Of a stretch of 64,000 nt of DNA, positions 13,813-27,351 are shown one piece after another (position 1 is the first letter of the stretch; the number at the start of each line of letters is the position of its first letter). Under the pieces are notes generated by a model. The model had not been told where the DNA came from. It saw only the letters and a list, made by a program, of their open reading frames with translations, and did not search any database. The stretch is taken from contig NW_018408778.1 of assembly GCF_002113885.1 (NCBI RefSeq), positions 259,037 to 323,036 on the forward strand. The letters run 5' to 3'. A program made the translations under genes and the position numbers. The DNA is from Mizuhopecten yessoensis (lineage: Eukaryota).

Positions 13813-16394
13813 TGTAAAAACCCATGTAATTTGCGCACCTGTGTAATTTGCGCAGGCACTTTTTGAGGCTGAAAATCCCCATAATAGCTTCTACTCGAAT
13901 ATTTTGCGCACCAAAAAATTTTGAAAAAAAAGTTCCGAAAATTGATCTCTGAAAATGAAAGACAAACCGCTTGGATTCTTAGGATTTTTGTAATTTGCTT
14001 ATTATAAGTAAGTTCATAAGTATTGTTTACAGGTACAATGATGTTAAAACTAAGTAGAAACTGCGTAAAATGTGTATTTTGTTGTTTGTTTCCTTTGAAA
14101 TATCTGATCACACATGACACACACGTGTGCACATAACGGCATACATCAATTCATTTCAGCAATATTTTACATTTACTTGCTTACAAAAACATATCAATTA
14201 ATAAGTAATTTGATGTGCATATCTCCTGGTGAAAGACATAATTAGATACCTTTTATTGATCATAATTACGATCAGTGAGAAGGGCTCATTATGGCGGCTT
14301 GGGTATCGGCACTTCAAACCAGGTTATGTCACAGTTCAGTTTGGCGATACGTTTTGGCCACACAATTTTTACCTACTGTAAAGTTATTAAAACCGGTCAT
14401 CTGTGGTCATGACTGCTGGTTTGGCGACATTTATAGGTAAGTTAACCGGAGCATATAACTTCACCCACATCATCTGGTCCCGGACAAGAGGCCAGGTAGG
14501 ATCGCATGCTTCAGCGTAAATTATTGACACTTCTCGACACTAGTCAATAAAAATTACAATGCAGTAATTAGCTAACACGATATCTGTGATTACCTGTTAA
14601 CAATAGCTCTACTAATTGAAATGATTTGCAGTCGCGATCGACGGACCGTGTTGTTGTTTTTTTCACTCACCAACACGTGGCGTGAATTACGAAGTCCTGC
14701 ATTGTCATAACTACAGACTGATTTGACCGATAAGGGATTATAAAAAAATATGTTTATACTATAAGCGTGGACAATCAATACATCCTATTCAAATCTACTC
14801 CAAGGGGGAAAAAATCAAATCAGACTATTTTAACGAAGTTTCATTTAATAAATATTGAAATAATTCACGAGGTAATTATCGATCACATAATGTTAGATGC
14901 GAGATCAACATGAAAGTGAGCCGGGATTTGAAAAAAAATCCTAACAGAACTTACATAGAACCAGAGACGTATAATACAGAGACTGGCAACTTGGTCTTGG
15001 CCTTACCATTGGTCACTGGTATCGAGAGTTACGCTTCACCTGCGCCATATTGAATATGCGGTTCGCTGCATTCAACTCAAATCATAATTATGCCATGAGA
15101 AAACATCGCAAATCAACGTAACATTAAAACCGTACGTAGCTACAAAATGTAGCTGAGATTTCCATGCGGTTTGGGAGTGCTACATTGAATGTAAACTTGA
15201 ATGATTAAGTTTAGAAAACCCCAAACATCGAAAGATTGCACATCGTGGCTGTGTTTACATATCGGTAATTATTCTGGCTTCAGGATAACACTATCTCCGT
15301 TTTTGTTCTTTAGACAATTTCAAAAAAGTTTTCAGAAATTAATTATATGATAATATTTCTAACCAGGAAATTTAAATGAGGTTGTTACAATACTTGCAAA
15401 GTTTCATAATTCAGCTGTGAAAAGACAGGTTTTTCTGAGAAATCAAGTTAAAATGGCGGCTCTGATTTTGAGGGTTATTTCTATCATGACAAATTTTGAA
15501 CACTATCTCCGGTTTTTTTCTTTAGACAATTTCAAAAAAGTTTTCAGAAATTAGTTATATGATAATATTTCTAACCAGGAAATTAAAATGAGGTTGTTAC
15601 AATACCTGCAAAGTTTGATAATTGAGCTCTGAAAATACACTTTAAAAAAACCATGTGAAAATGGCGGCTGTGATGTGCGAGAGTTAATTCCTTTCATGAC
15701 ACCGGCACTCCTTTCTCGTTCATCTTTTTATTTCAAAAACTTATTCAGATAAAACATTATATTTCTAACCAGCTTCTTTATATGATCCATATATCTAGGA
15801 TAAGTGACATGTTGACACGAACTAACGAATACACGATCAAACTCTCACACAGGTAACTCACTGACCAGACTATCGTCACCAGGTCGATAAGCTGTCAAAA
15901 CAAACACTCGTAGATCATGCGTGATTTTGCGAGATCAGCGAGAGTTGCCAATCTCTGTATTTATACGTCTCTGATAGAACGGAGCTTAAATTGAACAACT
16001 ACATTTTCATAATAGTAAGCTTATGGGGAAAACGCACCGAGATGTCGCAACGTAATTAAGTTGATCGGCAATTCTCTGACATAGGAATTTGGCTAAACTT
16101 TCTTTGTTAACAGTTACCTATTTAATAATACTTTTCACATAAACTCAGGTAACAACACATTATGTATAAACTGTATCTTTTATTAATGTTTGACATAAAT
16201 AAATTTGTTGATCGTCATTTGTCTTAGAATTCCGTATACCAAGGGAGATAATTCAAGATGGCGGTCTACTAGAATCGTCGATCTTTTCATGAAAAAAACT
16301 TGAAATTTCCTTTACCTGTGTATTTTTCGCACCCCCCCACTTTGGGTATTAAATTTCTGGAAAAAAAGTGTGCAAATTACATGGGTTTTTACGG
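13813..16394. mobile_element. Non-autonomous TIR DNA transposon, TA-flanked (Tc1/mariner-pogo-like)
   Basis: TIRs GTAAAAACCCATGTAATTTGCGCAC and GTGTGCAAATTACATGGGTTTTTACGG; TA on both sides; no transposase ORF. Confidence 0.8.
14962..15973. mobile_element. Nested ~1-kb TIR element with 7-bp TSD (P-element-like, non-autonomous)
   Basis: TIRs CAGAGACGTATAA..CAGAGACTGGCAAC and GTTGCCAATCTCTGTATTTATACGTCTCTG; TSD ATAGAAC on both sides; internal ~211-bp direct repeats at 15289 and 15500. Confidence 0.85.
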
Positions 16395-17181
16395 TATGTG
16401 TTTTGACTGGGGCTAGTTCTTCTTCTTTAGTTATCCAATCCTCCTTCAATCATTTGAAGATGACGGACTAGTTCAAGGCCAGCTCTACTCAAGCGCATAA
16501 ATAACATGGAGAAAGGAAAGGAACACAGAGATTTACAAATACAAACAGCTAGCTTGGTACGTTTTTATCACATTAAGACCACTTCTCTATGATCAGGGAA
16601 GGTCATACATGTAGGTACACAGAGAGGACTACTTATGATAGGATAGCTTCTGACAACAATACAATTTTTATTTATTCGCTGCCTGGGAATTAATAGCAGT
16701 ATAATCCACATTTATTTCTGTGCTCCGATCTTTTGCACATTGTTGCTTGCATGCAGAAAGTTTTTCAACATCAATAGAGTAATTTTGGAAATGAAAGTAG
16801 AAATTTAGTTAATGTCTGCAACGTTACCAATGTTTATGAAAATGAAGCAAAAACAAGTAAAATAAATATATTTTACTCAAAACCCTGCGGAAAAGTGGCT
16901 TTCAACTTCTATCTTTTATTGGATTAAAAATAATAGAAATACACATGGAAGCTATATGAAACATTTAATCATTGTCTGGTTAGCAATATTGGTATCGTTC
17001 AATGGCGACGAAAAGGTTGAAGACAAGTTGTCACAATAGAGTGAGGGAAGTGATTGCAAAGTGACTCTCCAGTTATGAATGATGAATGTTTCTCGGAACA
17101 AGACTTCTTGGAAAGGGGATTGTGTAACGGACAAAGAATAAGAAAGGAAGATACTGCCTTGCTGGCGATAAGGATGTGCAC

Positions 17182-17332
17182 AGGGGTTTGAAATTCTGAC
17201 TGTAAATTGAGATAAAAATCATATAAAAAATAAGGTTATTATACTATAAAAAGTACAGTACTTTTGTATAGTAACACCGTTATTTTTCATATTGATTTTT
17301 ATCTCAATTTACAGTCAGAATTTCAAACCCCT
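17182..17332. mobile_element. Fold-back MITE (~150 bp, possibly hAT-like)
   Basis: AGGGGTTTGAAATTCTGACTGTAAATTGAGATAAAAATC is perfectly inverted at the other end; GATGTGC occurs near both flanks. Confidence 0.8.
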
Positions 17333-17710
17333 TTGAGATGTGCTCTGCAGTAAGCACCGCCGAGCATGTCGAGTGGCTGGAAGCTCGCACGTTAGGCCTA
17401 CACTATTCAGTGATTTCACTAACTGTTGTGAAGCGTTTGGTTTCAATCATTAAACATAGTTGTATTCAGATTGTTTACCCCTTGCGTTTGTCGAATGATA
17501 AAAATAATTTACAAGGAAACACAAAACATTGGGCTTTCACCTGCACGTCAGGATCATGGATGTAAACATGATATCACGATGTCGGTCTGTATAAGCGTAG
17601 GTCGAAAGTTCCTGCCTTGCAACACGTACACCGATATCTAGCTTCATGCAACTACTTTTTCACATCAGCCATGATGTGCTACACACAATAAGATATACGG
17701 AAATGCTTAC

Positions 17711-17775
17711 CTTTATCGTTTTGATAAACAGCAATTGTAAAGCAATCGTCAGCAAATATGATTGTGTTCAAGAAT
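17711..17775 (-). other. Probable first non-coding exon of the minus-strand gene that continues to 1125-1049
   Basis: Strong donor AAAG|gtaagc at 17711/17710; TCATTC initiator-like motif at 17777-17772; no ATG; locally CpG-richer. Confidence 0.5.
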
Positions 17776-17830
17776 GAATTACAAGCGCCCTCTGACGTGA
17801 TATCGAAGTCTGATCTGATGAATGTTTGAC
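17772..17830 (-). promoter_or_regulatory. Putative core promoter (Inr TCATTC, CRE-like TGACGTGA, AGAGGGCGC motif)
   Basis: Motifs cluster directly upstream of the candidate first exon; a perfect CRE GTGACGTCAC lies further upstream at ~18558-18567. Confidence 0.4.
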
Positions 17831-18801
17831 ATACAGGGGCTGTTCACTAGGCCTATATCAATATTGAAGTAGTTTTGATCAAATCGATTATGAATTATTA
17901 ACATTTTAGGAAAGACCGAGTGTCTTACTACATGTGAATCATAGCTTTGCTGTAATGCTTATACTATTGATTTCAAAGCTATAATTATCATAAAATATCC
18001 ACATTTTGTGGACAAAGGGAAACAACTCTTTTTACTCTTTTTTTTTAAAAGTAGCCTTTTATTTGTATCATAGAAAAAAAAGCCCGGGCTTGCACATACA
18101 TGTCCGTGTGTGCTATATGTTAAAAAGTAACAAAATAACAGCCGTGAAAAAGGCGACATCATGTCATTAAGATACAATCAAAATTGCATTTCATTATTAA
18201 TTAAATACTAATAACTACTATGACTGGCATTCATTCCAGAATATCTAAGATGCCATATTTGTCTTAATAACTCTCAATCTGGTAGTATGTTGTGACCCGG
18301 TAAATTATAAATATCAATCTACGACATCAAGGAAGCGGCTAATTAAAGAATGCCATAAACTGTCACTCTTGAACTCTGAGCTTTCCGGCTTTGAAAGTGT
18401 AACCTGAACGTTTTGCTATATCGAGATATAAAAATACTTCATTTAAGTCCGTGATATAATACAATACAAGGCTAAGAAAGTTTGAACGTCGTAATTGACC
18501 CCGTTTCCAAGTTATTCTGATTTATCTGAAACGTCTTAATATGGGTAGCCCATATATGTGACGTCACAAGTTCAACGCTGTCAAAACAGCCCTATAGGAA
18601 TATACCTGCAGCTTCGAACGTGCGTTCGATATGCAAGGTTTTTTAGCTACTTATATGATATATTCTGTCATCACTTACTCATGTAGGTAATATTTAAAGT
18701 GTTTCATACATATAAATGACTTTTTTACTATTTTAATGATGAAATGAGTTCGATCCCTATGCTCCCTATGTAACAGTTGCACCAGACTCTACTATTAACT
18801 A

Positions 18802-18973
18802 CAGGGACATGAGAATTTGTTACAGCTACATTTGGACGTAAACTAAGGTGTTCAGAGTAATTGTACATGTTGTAGGGATTGAAAGTCGATCTAAACCCCT
18901 AAAACATGTAAAATTTCCCTGAACACTGCAGTTTAGGTCCAAATATAGCTCTAACAAAATTCTCAAGTCCCTG
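18802..18973. mobile_element. Palindromic MITE (~170 bp)
   Basis: CAGGGACATGAGAATTTGTTACAGCTACATTTGGAC is inverted to GTCCAAATATAGCTCTAACAAAATTCTCAAGTCCCTG. Confidence 0.75.
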
Positions 18974-19159
18974 TGATATTACCCATATCATCCACCGTGA
19001 TAGTATTTTTGAATGATTTGGGGTTGATTATGAAATACTTGCATTGATCTATAGTTATTGAAGATTTATTTTCACATTGATGACACATTTACCGAAAACC
19101 AATTTTTTCGAAATATAGATCTACTATCGTCAGTCAACTTATATAATGTGCCAAATAAT

Positions 19160-19710
19160 ATCCAAAGTATGTCGGTGTACAAAAACCGGAAATGTGTCTA
19201 TCACTTCCGTAAAGATGCGACACAACTAAAAATGTACATAACATACTAAACTTTTATGTGTGGGACTGCATAACTTTTTTTATTTTGCAACATCCAACTT
19301 TATAGTTGAGCTCATCATGAGCAGCAGACTTTACTGGTGACAATTTTATCAGTTGTGAAAATGAATTAGTGCGATGTATTGTTAAATGATTAAACATGAG
19401 GTTATTGGAATTTATTTGGAAATAGACGTTGCTACAATTTGACATTTATATGAAAAATTTATCGGTTCTCAATTTTCTGAAATTTTCACCATCATATCTC
19501 AACATATTGCACCAAATAACATTAAAAGATTGTTGGTGTACCAGAACCAGAAATTGGTGTGTCACTTCCGTAAATAATTGATATAGCCAAAAAGTGTATG
19601 AAAATATACCAACATTTTTAGAGTTTAAGACTGAAGAACTTTTTTATTATGCAATGTTTTGTTACATATTTGATTTCATAATTTGCAGCAGATCCTACTT
19701 TAAACAATAT
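19160..19710. repeat. Diverged ~360-bp-period direct duplication, probably an old TE interior
   Basis: GGTGTAC..AACC.GAAAT..TCACTTCCGTAAA..GCAGCAGA is repeated at ~19170 and ~19530. Confidence 0.55.
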
Positions 19711-20446
19711 AGTATTATTTGATAGCGTAAAACATTGTTTTGATAGTTATTTGGACAAAAAAGTGAACCCTGTCGTACACCTGGAGGACAGCACTAAATA
19801 GGTCATAGCACAGGCCCCGGGGACCTTTTTAATTACAAAAAAAATATCTCATGGGTCGTGTCTTAGGGAGCTACAAATATTACCCAGTTATGGTTAAATT
19901 GCTTTCGGCAAAATTCTTTTGTTCCTGTAACAGGTCCTTTGGTCACGAACATCCTTGGGCAAAAGGGACTTAATATTGAATAAAAGGAGGGATAACCCTC
20001 TTGAGATGGAGGAGTGTAATGGGTAAATCTTTAAAATCCTTCTTCTATACCAATGAAGCTTTTTCAACCAAAATTTGCCAAGAGAATCCTTGAGCAAAAG
20101 GGACGCAATTTTGTATAAATTTATGGCGTTAGAACAGACTATTGATAAGAAACATATAAAGTCAGATCTACGTCTCTGTACCAGTCAAACAAGCCAGTTA
20201 CACAATGGTTTCAATACATCCATTAAAATGACAACCAGGGTAAATGGATGGTGACCGGAGTGTTTGATGGAGAGGACTTGTATGTCCTGTAACTTTTAAG
20301 TAGGCATTGTACGTCTTATTTACCAATATTAGTTATAAATAGGACAAAAATATATGGACCTCATACTGAGGTAAGATATTACGTCAATATGGCAGGTTCG
20401 ATGCCTATTTACCCAAAGCTATAATCCACCAGTGAGTGCATCTAAC

Positions 20447-20487
20447 CAGAGACATATAAAGCCATATACGTGTTATATACGTCTCTG
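20447..20487. mobile_element. 41-bp minimal TIR element with 7-bp TSD
   Basis: CAGAGACATATA...TATACGTCTCTG flanked by ATCTAAC on both sides. Confidence 0.85.
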
Positions 20488-21364
20488 ATCTAACCAGGCA
20501 CTGTTATGACGAGTCCTCGGGTAATCCCGTGTCTAAGGCCATATTAATACATGCATTTCATGATACAGACTCAACTAAACGTTTATTTCGCGTTATGTTG
20601 TATGAAACATAAGATCGTACAATCATTACAAAAGTTTAAATGGGTTTTTATTTTCATTACAGACCGATATAAAAAAAGTCGATAAAACGTCAGAATAATT
20701 CGGACTATACTACTGCCTACGTCATGCCGTTACCTATTTTCTAAAAAAGCAAACATCTTGATTTTGTTCTTCCTGCACCTTGGAATGGTAAAATTACACT
20801 GTTTTCGAATAGCATGTCTTACACGTGTATTACGCTCCTTATTTTGTGCTGCAGTCTTCCTGCATTTAAAACAAATGAGACTGTCCTTGACGATGAATTT
20901 TACCGCATGTTTGGTAATATCTTTGCGATAATAAGAGTTCATTTTTTTTGCTTTGCCTTTTTTTTTTATTCTGGCACAACAATCCAATATATCTTGTATT
21001 TTGGCATCGTTTGTTTGTGTTTAAATAATAAATAAAAAAAATACTAGTGACATTTGAAGGGTAAAACTGTTCATAAATATCTTTTAAAATTATGTATCAA
21101 AGCGTATCTGCATGTACTGTACACACACACAGGGATTTGTTGACATGATTCCATAGAAGATAAATCAATGAGTATGTTATTAAAATATCAATAAAATGTT
21201 CCATTGATTTGAAAAATATTTATCACTTAATTAAGGAAAATGATCACATGCCTAAATATTTAAAAAAAAAATACAAACTTTTTTAACCCAAGAAAAATCT
21301 GTCGCAGTTTTGAGAAACTTCATCAACCTTTTTTTGTCATTATTTTGAGCACTTTCCCAAAGTT

Positions 21365-21482
21365 GTTCATTACAAATGTCTGAAATACACATGCTATACT
21401 GATATGGGTCACAGCACACATTAACATTGGTACTGTGATCCATATCAGTATAGCATATGTATTTCAGACATTTGTAACGAAC
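21365..21482. mobile_element. Fold-back element / MITE remnant
   Basis: TTACAAATGTCTGAAATACACATGCTATACTGATATGG is inverted to CCATATCAGTATAGCATATGTATTTCAGACATTTGTAA. Confidence 0.7.
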
Positions 21483-22109
21483 CCCTGTGGTTGAACGTCA
21501 CAGGCTGAATATTCTCACCCCTTTTCATTACATACACTGTACATATATGTATTTTTATAGATTTATGGTCCTTTTCACGATGCTCAGAATATGGGCAAAG
21601 GGAGACAACTTTTATGCATAGTATATGTTGTATTGGAGCACCAAAAGTTCAAAGGTCGATGAATACCTGTCTGACTAAAGTGATGTCTTTGTATCTTACC
21701 GGTAATCATCTTAGGTTTATAAGTACTCATTGTGCTTGGCAAGGGTATACCTGAACATTCTTGTTTTAACTGAACTGATATGGGAATTAAGACCAAGAAG
21801 AATGGAAGAGTACAGTGGATCAGGTTGTTCATAGGGTACAGGGTCCATCTAGAGGTCCTTAAGTTTTCAATATTTATTGGTCAGATTTATTACAATATTC
21901 TTATTCTATTACAAAGAAAATGTATATGAGCTTTGAACTAAAATGTTGTCCATTTTAAAAATGTTCCTGAAATTGTTTATCTCAGGTGAAGAAAGACGAA
22001 TACAATTTTGAAACTCCATGAATATATGAACTATTTTAGATTGAAAATTTCACTAGATTATTTTTCCAAATGCCTCTGCTAGGGTTTGAAATATAAAAGA
22101 ACCTAACTA

Positions 22110-22495
22110 CCAAGGTATAGGGACCCATCCTTGAAATTTCAGGGGTTACGCTCACTTACGTTCTCTGCACCCCTGGATTAAGTCATGACAATCAAAGTCA
22201 CGGGTTAGCTACTTGATTGGTTTCAGGTGAAAAAACCTGACCAATCACCAAGTTGATACATGTCCTTTTAAGATAACAGCGGTGCAACACCCATCTCCAA
22301 AGCGGGTCAATTTAAATGTTTCACTGCTGCATGATTCTTATGATGGATATCAAAAGATCAAACTAGTCTACGTTGATCAGAAACGTATATGTCCCTGCTT
22401 TGATCATCCATGACAAGCTGGTTATTCCAGGGGTGCATGCAGAGAACGTAAGAGAGCTGTCACCCTTTGATTTTTTGGGATATTAGAGACCTTGT
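22110..22495. mobile_element. Old MITE with imperfect long inverted arms
   Basis: CTTACGTTCTCTGCACCCCTGGA versus TCCAGGGGTGCA(TGCA)GAGAACGTAAG. Confidence 0.55.
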
Positions 22496-22575
22496 GATAG
22501 TATACCTAGTGAGTGTTAGTTACGACAAAGTGTTATATTGTTGCAACTTCTCACACACTTATCAAATGATATATA

Positions 22576-22929
22576 CCGTATTTGCTGTAATTAACGCTCC
22601 TCCCCCTTTCAGCATCCTTCCTCCTTCTTTTGGGAGGAATTGAAACTATATAGACCCCCTCTTAGACCTGACACAGACTAATCGATGATTAATAGTACCA
22701 ACATTTTGAAGCAGAGATTCCTGGTGATTAGGCTGGACTTCCTGTGAAGTATTAGGCAGTTGAAAGCTTCAAAGCTCCAGCCACACTGGCAGGTTTATAA
22801 TGTCCTTCCCTTATAACAACTCGCTGAAATTGTTCAACTTTTTCTATTACAACTCATATTTTATTATCCTTTTAAATGCCCCCTTCAAGCCAATTTAAGT
22901 GTCCTGGGTGTTAATTACAGCAAATACAG
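22576..22929. mobile_element. TA-flanked Tc1/mariner-pogo-type MITE
   Basis: TA-CCGTATTTGCTGTAATTAAC ... GTTAATTACAGCAAATACAG-TA. Confidence 0.8.
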
Positions 22930-22932
22930 TAG

Positions 22933-24085
22933 CCATCAGCTTAGTGATGGCTTGATAGTGGGACATCAGCTTAGTGGTGGCTTGATAGTGGGACGTCAGC
23001 TTAGTGATGGCTTGATAGTGGGACATCAGATTAGTAGTGGCTGGATAGTGGGACATCAGGTTAGTGGTGACTGGATATTGAATCATCAGAATAGTGGTGG
23101 CTTGATAGTGGGACATCAGCTTAGTGGTGACTTGATAGTGGGACGTCAGCTTAGTGATGGCTTGATAGTGGGACATCAGCTTAGTGGTGACTTGATAGTG
23201 GGATGTCAGCTTAGTGATGGCTTGATAGTGAAACATCAGAATAGTGGTGGCTGGATATTGAAACATCAGAAAAGTGGTGGCTTGATAGTGAGACATCAGC
23301 TTAGTGGTGACTTGATAGTGGGACATCAGGTTAGTGGTGACTTGATATTGGGACATCAGCTTATTGGTGGCTGGATAGTGGGACATCAGCTTAGTGGTGG
23401 CTGGATAGTGGGACGTACATCAGATTAGTAGTGGCGGGATAGTGAAACATCAGAATAGTGGTGGCTGGATAGTGGGACATCTGATTAGTGGTGGCTGGAT
23501 AGTGTGATATCAGATTAGTGGTGGCTGGATAATGTGACATCAGATTAGTGATGGCTTGATAGTGGGACATCTGATTAGAAGTGGCTTGATAGTGGGCCTT
23601 AGGCTTAGTGGTGGCTGGAGTCTGGGACATCAGATTAGTGGTGGCTGGATAGTGGAACATCATAATAGTAGTGGCTGGATAGTGGGACATCTGATTAGTG
23701 GTGGCTGGATAGTGTGACATATCAGGCTAGTGATGGCTGGGTAGAGGGGCATCATATTAGTAGTGGCTTTATAGTGTGGCATCAGACTAGTAGTGGCTGG
23801 ATAGGGGGACATCTTATTAGTGGTGGCTGGATAATGTGACATCAGATTAGAAGTGGCTGGGTAGTGTGACATCAGATTAGAAGTGGCTGGGTAGTGTGAC
23901 ATCAGACTAGTAGTGGCTGGATAGTGGGACATCTGATTAGTGGTGGCTGGATAGTGTGACATATCAGACTAGTGATGGCTGGATAGAGGGACATCATATT
24001 AGTAGTGGCTTGATAGTGTGACATCAGACTAGTAGTGGCTGGATAGTGTGACATCAGATTAGAAGTGGCTGGATAGTGTTACATA
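22933..24085. repeat. 30-bp minisatellite (GACATCAGCTTAGTGGTGGCTTGATAGTGG)
   Basis: About 38 copies; explains the 10-aa periodic ORFs; starts right after the MITE TIR. Confidence 0.97.
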
Positions 24086-24149
24086 GAAGTGCTGGCTGGG
24101 TTATCATGGCTTTATTGCATGTCATGTTACAAAATAAAGGACAAAGACA

Positions 24150-24176
24150 TGTAGTAAGTTCCAACAACATTTTATT
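24150..24176 (-). terminator. Candidate poly(A) signal for the extended DUSP transcript
   Basis: AATAAA on the minus strand (24176-24171) followed by GU/U-rich sequence; one of several candidates. Confidence 0.3.
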
Positions 24177-24576
24177 TGACCACTTCACCATGTATAACTA
24201 ATTACTGAGAACAGGAATTAATTAACCAATATATATATATATCTATATATAGATATTGTATGATGACCTTTGTCATAATAATATGGATAATGTTGTACAA
24301 ATAACATTAGGGATATATATTTAGTTGATATAAACTCTAAAATTTACAAAATCACAGCAAAATAGATGAACAAACTTGGAACATGGTGATTTTGTTTGCT
24401 GTAAAAAGTTAGAATAATAGGTGTAGCTTACAAACATTAATGATCAAGGGTAATAAAATCAAGTAGATATTTAAGAAAAGTTTTCTCTCAAATACCAATA
24501 TCCCTTACAATACTTGAAGGTATTTACACTGTATGCCAAAAGCCCTAAAATTGGCTAATCTTTTGAATCACTCTCT

Positions 24577-24764
24577 ATTCTGTCTTTTCGTATTGCAGAG
24601 TTATCTGCTCTTGTGAGCAGGTATTGATTGTTATGTCATTAGTTTGTGTTAGAAAATTACGCCGTTTTCTCAAAAATTTATGACGTTACTCTCATAAACA
24701 AATGACATAACAATCAATACCTGCTCACAAGAGCAGATAACTCTGCAATACGAAAAGACGGAAT
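24577..24764. mobile_element. Palindromic MITE (~190 bp)
   Basis: About 60-bp near-perfect inverted arms TCTTTTCGTATTGCAGAGTTATCTGCTCTTGTGAGCAGGTATTGATTGTTATGTCATT. Confidence 0.85.
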
Positions 24765-26489
24765 TGTAATTTTACAAGAAATAATGGAATTTCCAGAAAA
24801 TATATATTGAAGAAGATATAAAACGGCTATAATTGATTGTGTTTTCTTCAGAGTTTACAGCAAACAAATCCTCCATCAAGTCAGGTTTCATGACAAAAGA
24901 GAATAAACTTACCATACCATGACCGTACATCATTGGAGAGATTTACCCGTACTGCACACAGATGAAAATTTGTGTTGTAAAATGGATGCACACTGGCTAA
25001 TTAGGCATGACTTAGGTTGTATACAAAGTCCCGACGAAAGAACTGAACCTCTTAGGTCAGTTTTACATTGAGATATCTAATATGGTGGCACCAAATTGGT
25101 CCCAAGAAATCAAAAAGATTTTTATTCAAGGTTGATGAAAAAGATAACCAAGAAATGTTTTATAGTAAATAAGACACAATATCATGGTATGGTAATTTTG
25201 CTTTTATATAAATGGGAAAATCTAATGAGAAAATTCTATATATTCTGCTATGTGGTTCAAATGTAACAGGACAGTGCTAGAGTAGAAAATCACAAACAAC
25301 TTTTCACAATATACATATCAATATTTCCTAACAACTCCATAAGTTCTCATACACAAAAACACTACATGACTTCTACCTGGTAACCTTGGAAACTGTTTAA
25401 ACAGGTAAGTAACATCCAACTCATCCATACACACTATTATAGGAGGGAATAGCTTTGGATACTCCTGACCAGAAACACAAACACTGCAGTGTGTAAATAA
25501 ATCATTCAATATTGTGTTAAATATAAAAAATGTTAAGTAAAACATGATTGAAGATGCCTACTTCTGTATTGCATTGATCACTCATAAAAAAAGATGTTTT
25601 ATCCAGAATGACAGGTACAAATTGTTATAATCTGCAAAATGAAATACTGATATCATCACCAACATCTCCTTTCTACTGATAATTTACACAAAAACATTTT
25701 CCATAATTTCCAAACAATAATTGGTAAATTGTGAGATAAAAGTCATCAGGCTGAGAAGATAAGAAACAAACTTATTTTGCCTCCATGCATGCAGTTTTGT
25801 GTATAATGCACTTAAATCAGGTGATCATAGACTAGAGTTTGCATTTGAAAATAATACTTTCCAATATTTTATAATAAATTACAGGAATTGCACATATACC
25901 AATGTTTACAAAATCAAACATTATGAATACAAGACCAACATGATCAATACAAAAACAAATAGTTATGTGAAATATTGACTGTAATTGTGTTTATTGTGCA
26001 TACCCTGTCAAATAGACATATTCAAAACATCTTAATTAAATACTGTAGAAAACATGAGATCTTAACCCTTAAATATTTGCAATTCAAATGTTTTTGCGTA
26101 CCATGTGTTGATAAGTAATGATATGATTAGAGAAAAAAAACCAGTTTGATATTCAATATAACAAAACAAAGAAGAAATGAGGTGATCAGAGAATCACTAA
26201 TTTTACATAAGGGTATCTAACATCTGATTTCTTCACTTCTAATCAACAATCTTACAATGATACAATTATATATAAAAAAAAGATCTCTTCTTCAGTTTAC
26301 ACATTTAATACAAGAATTAAGTGAATGATAATGCCTATTCTGATATGGTATTGATGCATAGTGTGTATTTTAGATGAACATATGCATTATCTCCCTTTGA
26401 AAAGCCCCTGAATAGGAGATGAAAACATCATGATGACAAGGCGTTACACACAAGTTCTAAAGCAGCCCTTTAACAAGGCAGTTAAGAAG

Positions 26490-27351
26490 TTGGGTCAGGT
26501 AAAGCTTGTGGTCACTGAGAGGTAAGCTAACTGGGTCAGGTAAAGCTTGTGATCACTGAGAGGTAAGCTAACTGGGTCAGGTAGAGCTTGTGGCCACTGA
26601 GAGGTAAGCTAACTGGGTCATGTAAAGCTTGTAGTCAGTGAGAGGTAAGCTAACTGGGTCAGGTACAGCTTGTGATCACTGAGAGGTAAGCTAACAGGGT
26701 CAGGTTAAGCTTGTGGTCACTGAGAGGAAAGCTAACTGGGTCAGGTACAGCTTGTGATCACTGAGAGGTAAGCTAACTGGGTCAGGTTAAGCGTGTGGTC
26801 ACTGAGAGGTAAGCTAACTGCGTCAGGTAAAGCTTGTGGTCACTGAGAGGGAAGCTAACTGGGTCAGGTAAAGGCTGAAGTCACTGAGAGGTAAGCTAAC
26901 TGGGTCATGTAAAGCTTGTAGTCAGTGAGAGGTAAGCTAACTGGGTCAGGTCAAGCTTGTGGTCACTGAGAGGTAAGCTAACTGGGTCAGGTAAAGTTTG
27001 TGGTCACTGAGGGGTAAGCTAACTGGGTCAGGTACAGCTTGTGGTCACTGAGAGGTAAGCTAACTGGGTCATGTAAAGCTTGTAGTCAGTGAGAGGTAAG
27101 CTAACTGGATCAGGTAAAGCTTGTGGTCAGCGAGAGGTAAGCTAACTGGGTCAGATAAAGCTTGTGGTCAGTGAGATGTAAGCTAACTGGGTCAGGTAAA
27201 GCTTGTGGTCAGTGAGAGGTAAGCTAACTGGGTCAGGTAAAGCATGTGGTCAGTGAGAGGTAAGCTAACTGGGTCAGGTAAAGCTTGTGGTCACTGAGAG
27301 GTAAGCTAACTGGGTCAGGTAAAGCTTGTGGTCACTGAGAGGTAAGCTAAC
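26490..27351. repeat. 41-bp minisatellite (AACTGGGTCAGGTAAAGCTTGTGGTCACTGAGAGGTAAGCT)
   Basis: About 21 highly similar copies. Confidence 0.97.

Noticed and set aside
19860-20120. HINE-like internal fragments, also at ~6980, ~7590 and ~33920
   Set aside because: Too degraded to define boundaries
26490-27351. Tandem arrays as CRISPR-like arrays
   Set aside because: Units are head-to-tail with no unique spacers, there are no cas genes, and the context is eukaryotic
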